A DNA stretch of 64,000 nucleotides, from contig JAEUHB010000102.1 of the NCBI GenBank assembly GCA_016794665.1, positions 454-64,453 on the forward strand. Reading direction: 5' to 3'. Below the pieces are notes generated by a model. The model was not told the DNA's origin. It ran no database searches and saw only the letters and a program-made list of their open reading frames with translations. The stretch's first letter is position 1, and the number at the start of each line of letters is the position of its first letter. Source of the DNA: Opitutaceae bacterium (GTDB lineage: Bacteria > Verrucomicrobiota > Verrucomicrobiia > Opitutales > Opitutaceae). Position numbers and translations under genes: made by a program. Shown here one piece after another: positions 47,594-58,768 of this stretch.

Positions 47594-50500
47594 ATGCACG
47601 GCGAAGCGCGCGCGGTGCGGCTGCGGGCGTTTGCGCGCGGGATGGCCGTAGGACTAGCGCTGTTCGCCGGGGTCGTGGCGAGTTTTGCGGCGGGAAACAT
47701 CCAGGGCCTGCCCTTCTCCCGCACCTACTCGCTGGAGGACATCGGCTACGTCCCGCGCGGCTCGCGGCTGAATTTCGACGCGTTCGGCCGCATCGCCGTG
47801 ATTCATGACGGGGTCTTCGCCGTGCTAAACGACACTGCGTGGCTCAACATCGTCGATGCCGAGCAGGCCGCGCGCACGCCCATGACCGACGTGGTCCACG
47901 CGGGCTACGGCCGGAGCTACTACGGCGGGCGCGGCACGTGGGGACTGGCGGAGTTCGGGCTGGACGGCAAACTCCGAGCCAAGCCGCTCGTGCCAAACGA
48001 TCCGCCTTCCTGGACGCGGGCGACCACCTTTGAGGACGTGATTGTCACGACCGACGGCGTTTGTTTCGGGGGACGAAACGGCTTCGCGTTCTGGGATTTT
48101 TCCCGCAAGGAGTGCGAGCTGTTCGAAATCCGCAACGCGCGCCTGTTCGCGGCCGGCAATCGCATCTTCGTCTCCACGTTTGCAAGCGGCCTGCAGGGTT
48201 TCGACCTGAAGGAGCGCCGCCTCCGCGCCATCGATGCGCCGGGTTTCGAACGACTGTTCGTCGAGCGTGCGACGCTGCTCGACGAGCAGCGCGCGTTGCT
48301 CGCCCTGGTCGATGGCCGGCTGATGGTGTTTGATGGGCAGATTCTCGCCCCGTGGGCGGGTCAGGCGAAAAATGATCTCCGTGGGCGCATCTCGGCGGTG
48401 CGCCAGCTGGCGGATGGGAACATCGCCGTCGCGATCAACGGCCGTGGCGTGTTTGTCGTCACGGCAGACGGCCACCTGCGCGCATCCCTGGCTACGCCGC
48501 AATACCACCACGTCGCGCGAGTCGCAAGTCGCGAGCCCGGCGTGCTCTGGGTGCTGACCGAGGACTCCGTGGAAAAAGTTCTCTACGGTGGCGGCCTCAC
48601 TTCGTTTGGGCAACGCCTCGGGTTGCCCCTCGGGTGGCCGTTGATCGCGCGCTGGCATGATCGGCTGTTCGTCGCCTCGGATGGTGTCCTCTACGAAGCG
48701 ACTTCCCCCGGACTCGGCGCCCCAGCACGCTTCGAGCGCGTGAAGTCGCAGCCCGCGCCCGGCGTTTGGTCGCTGACTGCGCACGGCCCCAATTTGCTGG
48801 TCGGCAACCCGAACGGCATTTTTTCACTCGAGGCCGACGGGAGTTTCAAGCGCATCGGTGGCGTGCGACGGCTGCACAACCTCACGCTGGTCACCGAGAC
48901 GCTCTGCTACGCAACCGGCCCGCAGGAAATCGCGCTCTTCGAGTGGGACGGGCAAGAGTGGAGCGAGCCGGTGCCGCGTATTCCCGGGCTGCCCAACCTG
49001 TTCACGGTGCACCGCGCGCCGAAGTCTGTCTGGATTGAGATGGGCGGCGACGGGGTCGCGCGGGTCTTCCACCGCGATGGCCGGCTCCACCTCATGGTGC
49101 GGCCGAACGAGCCCGACGAGAAGGAGCGCTGGGTCAATGTCAGCGTCGTCGGCAACCTCGCCATGCTCAGCACGCACCGGGGCAAGCGGCGATTCTTCGA
49201 CGAGGAGACCGACATGTGGTGCGAGCGACCGCCGCTCGCCCGCCTGCTCGATCGGTCGCCGCGCTGGCTTGCCCGCGCGTGGCGGGACGAAAAAGGCACG
49301 CTCTGGGCCACGCACCAGGAGGGCGTGGTGCGCTTCACGCCGACAAACGGGGACGGCGACTACGAGATGGATCTGTCGACGTTCGACCTGATCAACGATC
49401 GCTACCCGCTTGTCCAAATCCTGCCGGGCAACGACGTCTGGATCTCGGCCAGTCGATCGCTGCACCATGTGGAACAGGTGCCGAGCGCGCCCACGCGGGC
49501 GAATGCGGAGCCGGTGCTCGTGTCGCTGGTGGACACGCGCCGCAACGTCGAGCTGCTGGCAAAGCGCTTCCAAGATGCGCCGCTGCGGCTATCCTTCGCC
49601 CAGAACAGCCTCACGTTTCGCTTTTTTTCCGGCGGTTACGCCTGGCGGCGGGCGCCGGTCTACGAATATCGCCTGAACCCCCGCGACCCGTGGGCGACAC
49701 TCGACACGGGCTCCCTCCTGCGTTTCGCCAATCTGCGCGAGGGCAAGTATCACCTCCAGGTGCGCAGCGCAGGCGAATATCCGGGCGCCGAGAAGCCGCT
49801 CGCGTTCCAGTTCGAGATTCTCCCCCCGTGGCACCGCACGTGGCCGGCCTACGCGCTCTATGCTTCCATTTGCGTGCTCGCCATCTTCGGCACCACGCGC
49901 CTGTCCGGCCGGCTCGCGCGCCAGCGCAACCGCGTCTTGGAGCAACTGGTCCACGAGCGCACCGGCGAGCTGGAGTCCGCGATGAAGAAATTCAACGAGG
50001 AGACTCGCATCCGTGCGACCCTCGCTGAGCGCGATCGCTTGGCGGGCGAGATCCACGACAGCGTCCAGCAGGGGCTGAGCGGCGCCATGCTCCAGCTGGA
50101 CACCACGCTGAAGCAGCCGTCGGTCGGCCGCGAGTTGCGGAGCCGGCTGGATGTCGTGCGCAACATGGTCTCCCACGCCCGCCAGGAAGTGCAGCATGCC
50201 GTGTGGGACATGGATTCCCCGCTGCTCGAGGACAACGATCTCGGCGAGGCCCTGCGCAAGCTGGCGACGTTCACCAGCGCCAGCGATCAAGTGCCCGCCG
50301 TTGAAGTGGCCGGGACGCCGGTGCTGCTGCCCCGGTTCACCACCCACCACCTCCTCCGCATCGCCCAGGAGGCGACGACGAATGCGATGCGCCATGCGAC
50401 GGCGCGCCGAATCGCGATCCGGCTCGAATACACCGCCAGCGTGGTTGCGCTCACGATCACGGACGACGGCGCCGGGTTTCGCGCCGACGACGCGCTGAGC

Positions 50501-50662
50501 CGCCCCGGGCACTTCGGCCTGCGCGGCATGCGGGGTCGCGCGAAAAAACTCGGTGGCGATTTGACCATCACCAGCGCGCCGCAGGCCGGGACCACGATTC
50601 GCGTTCACGTGCCGCTACCCGCCCCCTCCATTTCCGATGCAGCGAACCATCACCCCAGTTAA
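47594..50662 (+). CDS. sensor histidine kinase with large periplasmic beta-propeller/Y_Y_Y-type sensor and HisKA_3 + HATPase core
   Basis: Trimmed to Met 47594. TM1 MAVGLALFAGVVASFAAG and a ~700-aa extracytoplasmic region with propeller-like repeats. YEYRL...GKYHLQVR (Y_Y_Y-like) and TM2 WPAYALYASICVLAIFG. H-box EIHDSVQQGLSG, then ITDDGAGF and GLRGMRGRAKKLGG. Confidence 0.85.
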   Translation: MHGEARAVRLRAFARGMAVGLALFAGVVASFAAGNIQGLPFSRTYSLEDIGYVPRGSRLNFDAFGRIAVIHDGVFAVLNDTAWLNIVDAEQAARTPMTDVVHAGYGRSYYGGRGTWGLAEFGLDGKLRAKPLVPNDPPSWTRATTFEDVIVTTDGVCFGGRNGFAFWDFSRKECELFEIRNARLFAAGNRIFVSTFASGLQGFDLKERRLRAIDAPGFERLFVERATLLDEQRALLALVDGRLMVFDGQILAPWAGQAKNDLRGRISAVRQLADGNIAVAINGRGVFVVTADGHLRASLATPQYHHVARVASREPGVLWVLTEDSVEKVLYGGGLTSFGQRLGLPLGWPLIARWHDRLFVASDGVLYEATSPGLGAPARFERVKSQPAPGVWSLTAHGPNLLVGNPNGIFSLEADGSFKRIGGVRRLHNLTLVTETLCYATGPQEIALFEWDGQEWSEPVPRIPGLPNLFTVHRAPKSVWIEMGGDGVARVFHRDGRLHLMVRPNEPDEKERWVNVSVVGNLAMLSTHRGKRRFFDEETDMWCERPPLARLLDRSPRWLARAWRDEKGTLWATHQEGVVRFTPTNGDGDYEMDLSTFDLINDRYPLVQILPGNDVWISASRSLHHVEQVPSAPTRANAEPVLVSLVDTRRNVELLAKRFQDAPLRLSFAQNSLTFRFFSGGYAWRRAPVYEYRLNPRDPWATLDTGSLLRFANLREGKYHLQVRSAGEYPGAEKPLAFQFEILPPWHRTWPAYALYASICVLAIFGTTRLSGRLARQRNRVLEQLVHERTGELESAMKKFNEETRIRATLAERDRLAGEIHDSVQQGLSGAMLQLDTTLKQPSVGRELRSRLDVVRNMVSHARQEVQHAVWDMDSPLLEDNDLGEALRKLATFTSASDQVPAVEVAGTPVLLPRFTTHHLLRIAQEATTNAMRHATARRIAIRLEYTASVVALTITDDGAGFRADDALSRPGHFGLRGMRGRAKKLGGDLTITSAPQAGTTIRVHVPLPAPSISDAANHHPS

Positions 50663-51278
50663 GAAAATCCGCATTCTCCTCGTGGACGACCATGCGGTGA
50701 TGCGCATGGGCCTCACGACGGCCGCGAACGACGCGAGCGACATGGATGTCGTCGCCGATGTGGAGAATGGCCACGATGCCATCGAGGCCTACCGCCGCCA
50801 CCGGCCCGATGTCGTGGTGCTCGACCTCCGGCTGCAGGGCATGGGTGGCGTCGACACGATCCGGGCGCTGCGCGAGGAATTCAAAGCCGCCCGCATCCTG
50901 ATCTTCACCAACTACGCGAAGGGCGAGGAAATCTACCTCGCGCTCAAGGCGGGTGCGGCGGGCTTCGTGCTGAAGGGCATGCCGCTCGACCGCCTTCTCG
51001 AGGCGATTCGCGCGGTGCACCAAGGCAGCCAGTATATTCCGTCCGAGATCGCGACGCGCATCGGCGAGCGCATGCTCGCGCAGCTGTCGCCGCGGGAGAT
51101 CGAGGTGCTCCAGCTGCTCGCGCGCGGCCTGAGCAACAAAGAAATCGCCGCGCAGCTCGGCGTCGTGGAAGGCACGGTGAAAATCCACATTACGAGCATC
51201 TTTTCCAAACTGGGTGTCTCGGATCGCACCCAGGCGCTCATCGAGGCGATCCGGCGCGGGATCGTGCAAATCGAGTAG
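50637..51278 (+). CDS. NarL/LuxR-family response regulator
   Basis: REC domain (IRILLVDDHAVMR, DVVVLDLRLQGMGG, GAAGFVLKG). LuxR HTH LSPREIEVLQLLARGLSNKEIAAQLGVVEGTVKIHITSIFSKLGV. The only ATG start overlaps the kinase 3' end by 26 nt. Confidence 0.9.
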   Translation: MQRTITPVKKIRILLVDDHAVMRMGLTTAANDASDMDVVADVENGHDAIEAYRRHRPDVVVLDLRLQGMGGVDTIRALREEFKAARILIFTNYAKGEEIYLALKAGAAGFVLKGMPLDRLLEAIRAVHQGSQYIPSEIATRIGERMLAQLSPREIEVLQLLARGLSNKEIAAQLGVVEGTVKIHITSIFSKLGVSDRTQALIEAIRRGIVQIE

Positions 51279-51325
51279 CAGCCTCGGGCGCTATGACCGC
51301 GGCCATAGATGCGATTATGCCTTAA

Positions 51326-52738
<1,413 letters not shown>

Positions 52739-52740
52739 AC

Positions 52741-53949
52741 ATGAAGACACTTCTCACCCTTGCGACGCTCGCGTCGCTGCCTGCCGCCGCCTTCGCCGCC
52801 GATGTCAGTGGCACGTGGAAGGCGGAGTTCGACACCCAGGTCGGGGTCCAGAAATATGCCTTCGTCCTGAAGCAGGAGGGCGGCCTCGTCTCGGGCAAGG
52901 CGAGTTCCGACATCGGGGGTGAGAAACGCGAAACCGAATTGAAAGACGGACGGTTCGATCACGACACCCTCTCGTTTGTCGAGCTCCTGAATTTCCAGGG
53001 CAACGAGCTGCGGATCGCCTACCAAGGGCGCATCGCGGACAACGAGATCAAGTTCACCCGCGAGGTCGGCGACATCGTGAAGGAGGAATTCGTCGCCAAG
53101 CGCGAAGGTCAGGCACCCGCGGCCGGCGGGCGCGGACGAGGCGGGCGCGGCAACCAGCCCATCGTGCTCGCCGCCGACGACAAGCCCGCCGTGCCGCCGC
53201 CGTCCGCGGGGTTCAACGCCCCGCGGGATGGCATAGCCCGCGGCCGGCTTGAGATGGTCGAATACGAATCGAAGAGCGTTGGCGCGCGGCGCAAGGCCCT
53301 CGTTTACACCCCGCCCGGATATTCCACGGCCGGGCGCTATCCCGTGCTTTACCTGCTCCACGGCATCGGGGGCGACGAGGAGGAGTGGCGTCGCGGCGCA
53401 AAGCCGGAGGCTCTCCTCGACAACCTGATCGCCGACGGGAAGGCCGTGCCCCTGATCGTCGTCATGCCCAACGGCCGCGCGCAGCCCAACGACCGGGCGG
53501 TGGGCAACGTCATGGCCTCCGCCCCGGCCTTCGCGAAGTTCGAGCAGGATTTGCTGCAGGACCTCATCCCGTTCATCGAAACGAAATTTGCGACGAAAGC
53601 GGGGCGCGAGAGCCGGGCACTTGCGGGCCTTTCAATGGGCGGTGGGCAGTCGCTGAATTTCGGCCTGGGCAACCTCGACACCTTCGCGTGGGTCGGCGGC
53701 TTCTCGTCCGCCCCCAACACCCGGCCCCCCGATCAGCTCGTGCCTGATCCGGCGAAGGCCGCGCAGCAGCTGCGGCTCCTCTGGCTGTCGTGCGGCGATC
53801 GCGACGGCTTGCTCTTCATCAGCCAGCGCACCCACGTCTACCTCAAGGAAAAGAATGTGCCGCACGTCTGGCACGTGCCGCCGGGCGCTCACGACTTCGG
53901 CGTCTGGAGTCAGGATCTGTTTCATTTTGCGCAACGGATTTTCCGGTAA
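52741..53949 (+). CDS. fusion protein: 'GTWKW'-type small domain + CE1-type esterase
   Basis: Trimmed to Met 52741, 2 nt after the previous stop. The signal peptide is followed by DVSGTWKAEF...FVLKQEGGLVSGKASS...LKDGRFDHDTLSFVE...YQGRIADNEIKFTRE (copy 3 of the small domain). A GGRGRGGRG linker follows, then YPVLYLLHG and GLSMGGG. Confidence 0.8.
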   Translation: MKTLLTLATLASLPAAAFAADVSGTWKAEFDTQVGVQKYAFVLKQEGGLVSGKASSDIGGEKRETELKDGRFDHDTLSFVELLNFQGNELRIAYQGRIADNEIKFTREVGDIVKEEFVAKREGQAPAAGGRGRGGRGNQPIVLAADDKPAVPPPSAGFNAPRDGIARGRLEMVEYESKSVGARRKALVYTPPGYSTAGRYPVLYLLHGIGGDEEEWRRGAKPEALLDNLIADGKAVPLIVVMPNGRAQPNDRAVGNVMASAPAFAKFEQDLLQDLIPFIETKFATKAGRESRALAGLSMGGGQSLNFGLGNLDTFAWVGGFSSAPNTRPPDQLVPDPAKAAQQLRLLWLSCGDRDGLLFISQRTHVYLKEKNVPHVWHVPPGAHDFGVWSQDLFHFAQRIFR

Positions 53950-53973
53950 TCCGTCTGCGCTGACTGCCCCCTC

Positions 53974-56472
53974 ATGAAATTCCCCCAAGCCGCAGCGATC
54001 GCCTGCCTGCTCCCTGTTTGCGCGGCCCTCGCGCGCGCCGCCGCGCCGGATGCCGCGCTGGCGATGTTCGAGAAGACCGTCTCGCCGATCCTGCGGTCGC
54101 ATTGCTACGAGTGCCACGGTGACGGCGCGAAAAAAGGCGGGGTCGCGTTCGACAATCTCACGGCCGAGGAGCACCTCCTGCGCAATCCCGAGTTTTGGCT
54201 GAAGGTCCTGCGCAACACCCGCTCGCACATCATGCCGCCGCCCGGCGAGCCGGCCCTGACGCCCGCCCAGCAGCATGCCCTCGAGCAGTGGATCGTCACG
54301 AGCGCGTTCGGCCTCGACCCTGCGCGGCCCGATCCCGGCCGGGTCACAATCCGCCGCCTCAACCGCGCGGAATACCGCAGCACCCTGCGCGATCTCATCG
54401 GCGCGAACTTCGAGGCCGAGGCCATGCTCCCGCCCGATGATGTCGGCTACGGCTTCGACAACATCGGCGATGTGCTCAGCATCTCGCCCATGCGCCTCGA
54501 GAAATTCATCGAGGCCGCGATGACCGCGGTGAACCAGGCCGTGCCGCACGATACCGTCGTGATGTCGTCGCAGATGCTCGTCGGCGAGGACTTCGTCACC
54601 GCCGACGGCACGCAGAACGCCGCGAAATACTCGTATTACCAGGCGCGCACGACCAGCCACACCTTCAAGGTGAAGAAGAAGGGCCAGTATCGCCTCATGC
54701 TGAACACCAAGATCGACGGCGAGGCCACGCCCGTCGATCCTCAGCACGCGCACGTCGTGTGGAAGGCCGATGGCAAGGTGATCCTCGACAAGCAATACGC
54801 GTGGGCCGACATGGACTACCTCACGGACACGTTCACGTTTGATTGGGACGCCGGCGATCATGTCGTGAGCTGCGAGCTCACGCCCGTCTATCCCGACCTG
54901 AAGCCGCTCCGCACCAAGATGGAGTATCGGGTGCTGTTCGTGATTTTCGACGGGCCGCTCGCGAAGGACCAGTGGGATCATCACCCGAACTACGGCCGCT
55001 TCTACACTCGCGAGAAACCGCCCGTGGCCGCGGCCGAGCGCCGGGCCTACGCGCGCGAGGTGCTGGCGCGCTTCGTCGCCAAGGCTTACCGCCGCCCCGT
55101 CGATGCGGGCACCGTGGACGCCTTGGTCGCGATTGCGGAGCGCACCTATTCGCTGCCGGGCACGACCTTCGAGAAAGGCATCGCGCAGGCCATTGTCGCG
55201 GTGCTCTCCTCGCCGCGTTTCCTGTTTCATATCGAGACGGCCGAGCCAGCCATCCCCGGCCAGCCCTTTGCACGCCTCGATGACTACAGCCTCGCCGCGC
55301 GGTTGTCGTATGCGCTGTGGTCCTCGCTGCCGGACGACGAGCTCACGCAGCTCGCGGCGCGGGGGGAATTGCGGAAGAATTTCCGCGCGCAGGTCCAGCG
55401 CATGATCGCCGATCCGAAGGCGCGCGCCTTTGCGGAGAACTTCGCCGGGCAGTGGCTGCAATCCCGCGGCGTGCTCGACATCGCGATCAACTCCGCGGAC
55501 GTGATGGCCATCGAGAAGCCGCCCGTCGATCCCGCCGCGGTCGCCGTCGCCCCGCCGCCGCCACCCCCGGGCCGCGGCTTCGGTTTTGGTTTCGGCCGGC
55601 GCCCGCGGCCGCCTCCCGGCACCGAACTCACGCCCGAGATCCGCGCCGCCATGAAGCAGGAGGCCGAGGCCTATTTTCACCACGTCGTCACCCAGGATCG
55701 CAGCGTGCTGGAGCTGCTCCAGAGCAACTACACCTTCGTGAACGAGGCCCTCGCGCCGGTCTACGGCCTCGCCGACATCAAGGGTCCGGAGATGCGCCGC
55801 GTCGAGCTGCCCGCCGATTCCCCGCGCGGCGGCGTGCTGACGATGGGCAGCGTCCTCACGGTCACCTCGAATCCCACGCGCACGTCGCCCGTGAAACGCG
55901 GCAAATGGATCCTCGAGAACATCCTCGGCGCGCCGCCCGCCCCGCCGCCGCCGGACGTGCCCGCCCTCGAGGACGCGAAGCCGAAGGGTGACGGCAAGCA
56001 GCTCACGCAGCGCGACCTGCTCGCCAAGCACCGCGAGGATCCCGTGTGCGCCTCGTGCCACGAACGCATGGATCCGCTCGGGCTCGCGATGGAGCACTTC
56101 AATGCCTTCGGCCGCTTCCGCGCGTTTGAGCTGGGCCAGCCAATCGAGGCGGCCGGCGAACTCGCCACGGGCGAGAAATTCGGTGGCGTCCGCGACCTCA
56201 AGCAGGCGTTGCTCGAGAACCACCGCACCGAGTTCTACCGCACCTTGACGGAAAAACTCCTGACTTACGTCCTCGGCCGCGGCGTGGAATACTACGACGT
56301 GCCCACCGTGGATGCCATCGTCGCCCAGCTCGACAAAGACGGCGGCCGATTCTCGACGCTGCTCCACGGCGTCCTCGAGTCGGCGCCTTTCCAACTGCGC
56401 CGCGTCACGCCCAAGGCCGCCAGCCACGCGCCCAAGACCGCCTCCCTTTCGAACAATACCTACGCCCCATGA
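53974..56472 (+). CDS. DUF1585/1587/1588/1592/1595-type multidomain protein with N-terminal CxxCH motif (second copy)
   Basis: Signal peptide MKFPQAAAIACLLPVCAALARA, then CYECHGDG. Also RAEYRSTLRDLI, SPVKRGKWILENILG and DPVCASCHERMDPLGLAMEHFN. Collinear with 38887..41643 but about 86 aa shorter. Confidence 0.85.
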   Translation: MKFPQAAAIACLLPVCAALARAAAPDAALAMFEKTVSPILRSHCYECHGDGAKKGGVAFDNLTAEEHLLRNPEFWLKVLRNTRSHIMPPPGEPALTPAQQHALEQWIVTSAFGLDPARPDPGRVTIRRLNRAEYRSTLRDLIGANFEAEAMLPPDDVGYGFDNIGDVLSISPMRLEKFIEAAMTAVNQAVPHDTVVMSSQMLVGEDFVTADGTQNAAKYSYYQARTTSHTFKVKKKGQYRLMLNTKIDGEATPVDPQHAHVVWKADGKVILDKQYAWADMDYLTDTFTFDWDAGDHVVSCELTPVYPDLKPLRTKMEYRVLFVIFDGPLAKDQWDHHPNYGRFYTREKPPVAAAERRAYAREVLARFVAKAYRRPVDAGTVDALVAIAERTYSLPGTTFEKGIAQAIVAVLSSPRFLFHIETAEPAIPGQPFARLDDYSLAARLSYALWSSLPDDELTQLAARGELRKNFRAQVQRMIADPKARAFAENFAGQWLQSRGVLDIAINSADVMAIEKPPVDPAAVAVAPPPPPPGRGFGFGFGRRPRPPPGTELTPEIRAAMKQEAEAYFHHVVTQDRSVLELLQSNYTFVNEALAPVYGLADIKGPEMRRVELPADSPRGGVLTMGSVLTVTSNPTRTSPVKRGKWILENILGAPPAPPPPDVPALEDAKPKGDGKQLTQRDLLAKHREDPVCASCHERMDPLGLAMEHFNAFGRFRAFELGQPIEAAGELATGEKFGGVRDLKQALLENHRTEFYRTLTEKLLTYVLGRGVEYYDVPTVDAIVAQLDKDGGRFSTLLHGVLESAPFQLRRVTPKAASHAPKTASLSNNTYAP

Positions 56473-57857
56473 ACTCCCGCGTCTCCGCCACGACCCTGCC
56501 CCTGAACCGTCGCCGCTTCCTGCGCAACGTGGGCCTCGGACTCGCGCTGCCCGCGCTCGAGTCGTTCTCGTCCCGCCTGCTTGCGGCCTCGTCCCCCGCG
56601 TCGCCGATCGCGACCACCGCCACAGGCGCGCCGCTGCGCACGGCCTTCCTCTATTTCCCGAACGGCGCGATCCCGGGCGCGTGGTGGCCCAAGGAGCCCG
56701 GCGCTGATTTCGCGCTCAACCAGACGATGGAGCCGCTCGCCAATGTGAAGCAGCACCTCCAGGTGCTCGGCGGCCTCAGCTGCCTTTCCGCCAACGCCGG
56801 CCCGGATGGCGGCGGCGATCACGCCCGCGCCAACGGCACCTTTCTCACCGGCGTGCGCATCAAGAAAACCAACGGCGCCGATTTTCGCGCGGGCGTCTCC
56901 GCCGATCAGGTCATGGCGCAGCGCATCGGCCTGCTCACGCCGTTCCGCTCGCTCGAGCTTTCCTGCGACACCGTGCTCAACGTCGGCACGTGCGACACCG
57001 ACTATGCGTGCGTCTACCAGCACAACCTCGCGTGGAGCTCGGCCACCACGCCGCTGACGCCCGAGGTGAACCCGCGCTCGCTGTTCGAACGTATGTTTGG
57101 CGCCGGCACGCCCAGGGAACGCGCCGAGAACCTCCTCATCCGCCAGCAGCAGAAGCGCTCGGTGCTCGATTTCATCCAGCGCGACATGAACAGCCTCACG
57201 CGCGAGGTCTCCGGCCGCGACCGCGAGAAGATCGACGAATATTTCTCCAGTGTCCGCGACATCGAGCTGCGCATCCAGGCCGCCGAGCAGGCGCGCTCCG
57301 CGCGGCCCCAGCCGAATGTTGACGCCCCGGAGGCCGGCATCCCGGCCAGCTACGCCGACTATGTCCGCGTGATGTTCGACTTGCTGCACCTCGCGTTTGA
57401 GACCGACAACACGCGGGTCGCGACCTTCATGATCGCCGGCGACGGCAACAACCGCGACTTCGCCGAGATCGGAGTGAACGACGGCCACCACAACCTCTCC
57501 CATCACGGCGGAAAGCAGGATTGGATCGAGAAGGTCCAGAAAATCGATCACTTCTACGTCACCCATCTCGCCTACTTCCTCGAGAAAATGGAGCGCACCA
57601 AGGACGTCGATGGCCACTCCCTGCTGCACAATTCCCAGATCGTCTACGGCTGCGCCAACTCCGACGGCAACCGCCACACGCACACCAACCTTCCCATCAT
57701 CCTCGCGGGCCGGGCGGGCGGCACGCTGAATCCCGGCCGCTACACGCGCTTCAACGACGAACCCGTCACGAATCTCTTCCTCAGCATGATGGATCGCGTC
57801 GGCGGCGCGAAGCTGGAGCGCTTCGGCGACTCGTCGGGCCGGCTCGCGAAAATCTGA
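56469..57857 (+). CDS. DUF1552 ('HXXSHH') family protein, Tat-exported (second copy)
   Basis: RRRFLRNVGLGLALPAL twin-arginine leader and signature GHHNLSHHGG. The ATGA overlap with the upstream gene is at 56469-56472. Confidence 0.85.
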   Translation: MNSRVSATTLPLNRRRFLRNVGLGLALPALESFSSRLLAASSPASPIATTATGAPLRTAFLYFPNGAIPGAWWPKEPGADFALNQTMEPLANVKQHLQVLGGLSCLSANAGPDGGGDHARANGTFLTGVRIKKTNGADFRAGVSADQVMAQRIGLLTPFRSLELSCDTVLNVGTCDTDYACVYQHNLAWSSATTPLTPEVNPRSLFERMFGAGTPRERAENLLIRQQQKRSVLDFIQRDMNSLTREVSGRDREKIDEYFSSVRDIELRIQAAEQARSARPQPNVDAPEAGIPASYADYVRVMFDLLHLAFETDNTRVATFMIAGDGNNRDFAEIGVNDGHHNLSHHGGKQDWIEKVQKIDHFYVTHLAYFLEKMERTKDVDGHSLLHNSQIVYGCANSDGNRHTHTNLPIILAGRAGGTLNPGRYTRFNDEPVTNLFLSMMDRVGGAKLERFGDSSGRLAKI

Positions 57858-57868
57858 CCCGGCCGCCG

Positions 57869-58768
57869 ATGAGAAGCAGAGCGTTGGTCAGGGCGTGGTC
57901 GGTGGCGATGCTCGCTGTCGCGTCGTCGGCATGGGCCGCGCCGGATCCTGATTTCCACGTCTTCCTGTGCTTCGGGCAGTCCAACATGGAAGGCGGCGGC
58001 CGGATCGAGGAACGCGACAAGACCGTCGATCCGCGCTTTCAGATCCTCGCCGATTTCGACACGCCTGATCGCGGACGGAAGATGGGCCAATGGTATGACG
58101 CCATCCCGCCGCTCACCCGCCGCACGCGGGGCATATCGATGATGGACTATTTCGGGCGCACCATGGTCGCCAATCTCCCGGTAAAATACCGCGTGGGACT
58201 CGTGAAACTCGGGGTGTCCGGCACGCGGATCGAGCTTTGGGACAAGGATGCGTTCCGTGCCTACCTCGCCAACCTGCCGCCCGACGGCCAGTGGAAGATC
58301 CCGCTCGCCAACCAATACGACGGCAACCCCTACGAGTATCTCGTGAAGCTCGCGAAAATCGCCCAGCAGACGGGTGTGATAAAGGGGATCCTGATCCATC
58401 AGGGCGAATCGAACTTTGAGGACCAGGACTGGCCCAGGAAGGTGAGGAAGATCTACGACGACTTGATCAAGGACCTGGGCCTGAACCCGAAGGACGTGGT
58501 CCTGCTCGCCGGCGAGGTGGTCAACGCGGACCAGAACGGCGAGAAGGCCAACGCCAACGTGATCATGAAAAATCTGCCCGGCACGCTGCCGAACTCCCAC
58601 GTCATTTCGTCCGCCGGCGTCCCCGCCAACCGCGATCGGCTGCACTTCACGGCGGATGGCCAGCGGGAGATGGGCCGTCGCTACGCCGAGAAGTTGCTCG
58701 GCCTGATGGGTTACAAGGCGACCGTGCCGGCCGAGCCCTACGTGAAGGCGGAAGCAGTGAAGCCATGA
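57869..58768 (+). CDS. SASA/DUF303-type carbohydrate acetylesterase (sialate O-acetylesterase-like, CE6-like), exported
   Basis: Trimmed to Met 57869, because the listed ORF start at 57521 lies inside the DUF1552 gene. Signal peptide MRSRALVRAWSVAMLAVASSAWA, then FLCFGQSNMEGG (the GQSNMEG block), ILIHQGESN and LHFTADG. Confidence 0.75.
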   Translation: MRSRALVRAWSVAMLAVASSAWAAPDPDFHVFLCFGQSNMEGGGRIEERDKTVDPRFQILADFDTPDRGRKMGQWYDAIPPLTRRTRGISMMDYFGRTMVANLPVKYRVGLVKLGVSGTRIELWDKDAFRAYLANLPPDGQWKIPLANQYDGNPYEYLVKLAKIAQQTGVIKGILIHQGESNFEDQDWPRKVRKIYDDLIKDLGLNPKDVVLLAGEVVNADQNGEKANANVIMKNLPGTLPNSHVISSAGVPANRDRLHFTADGQREMGRRYAEKLLGLMGYKATVPAEPYVKAEAVKP

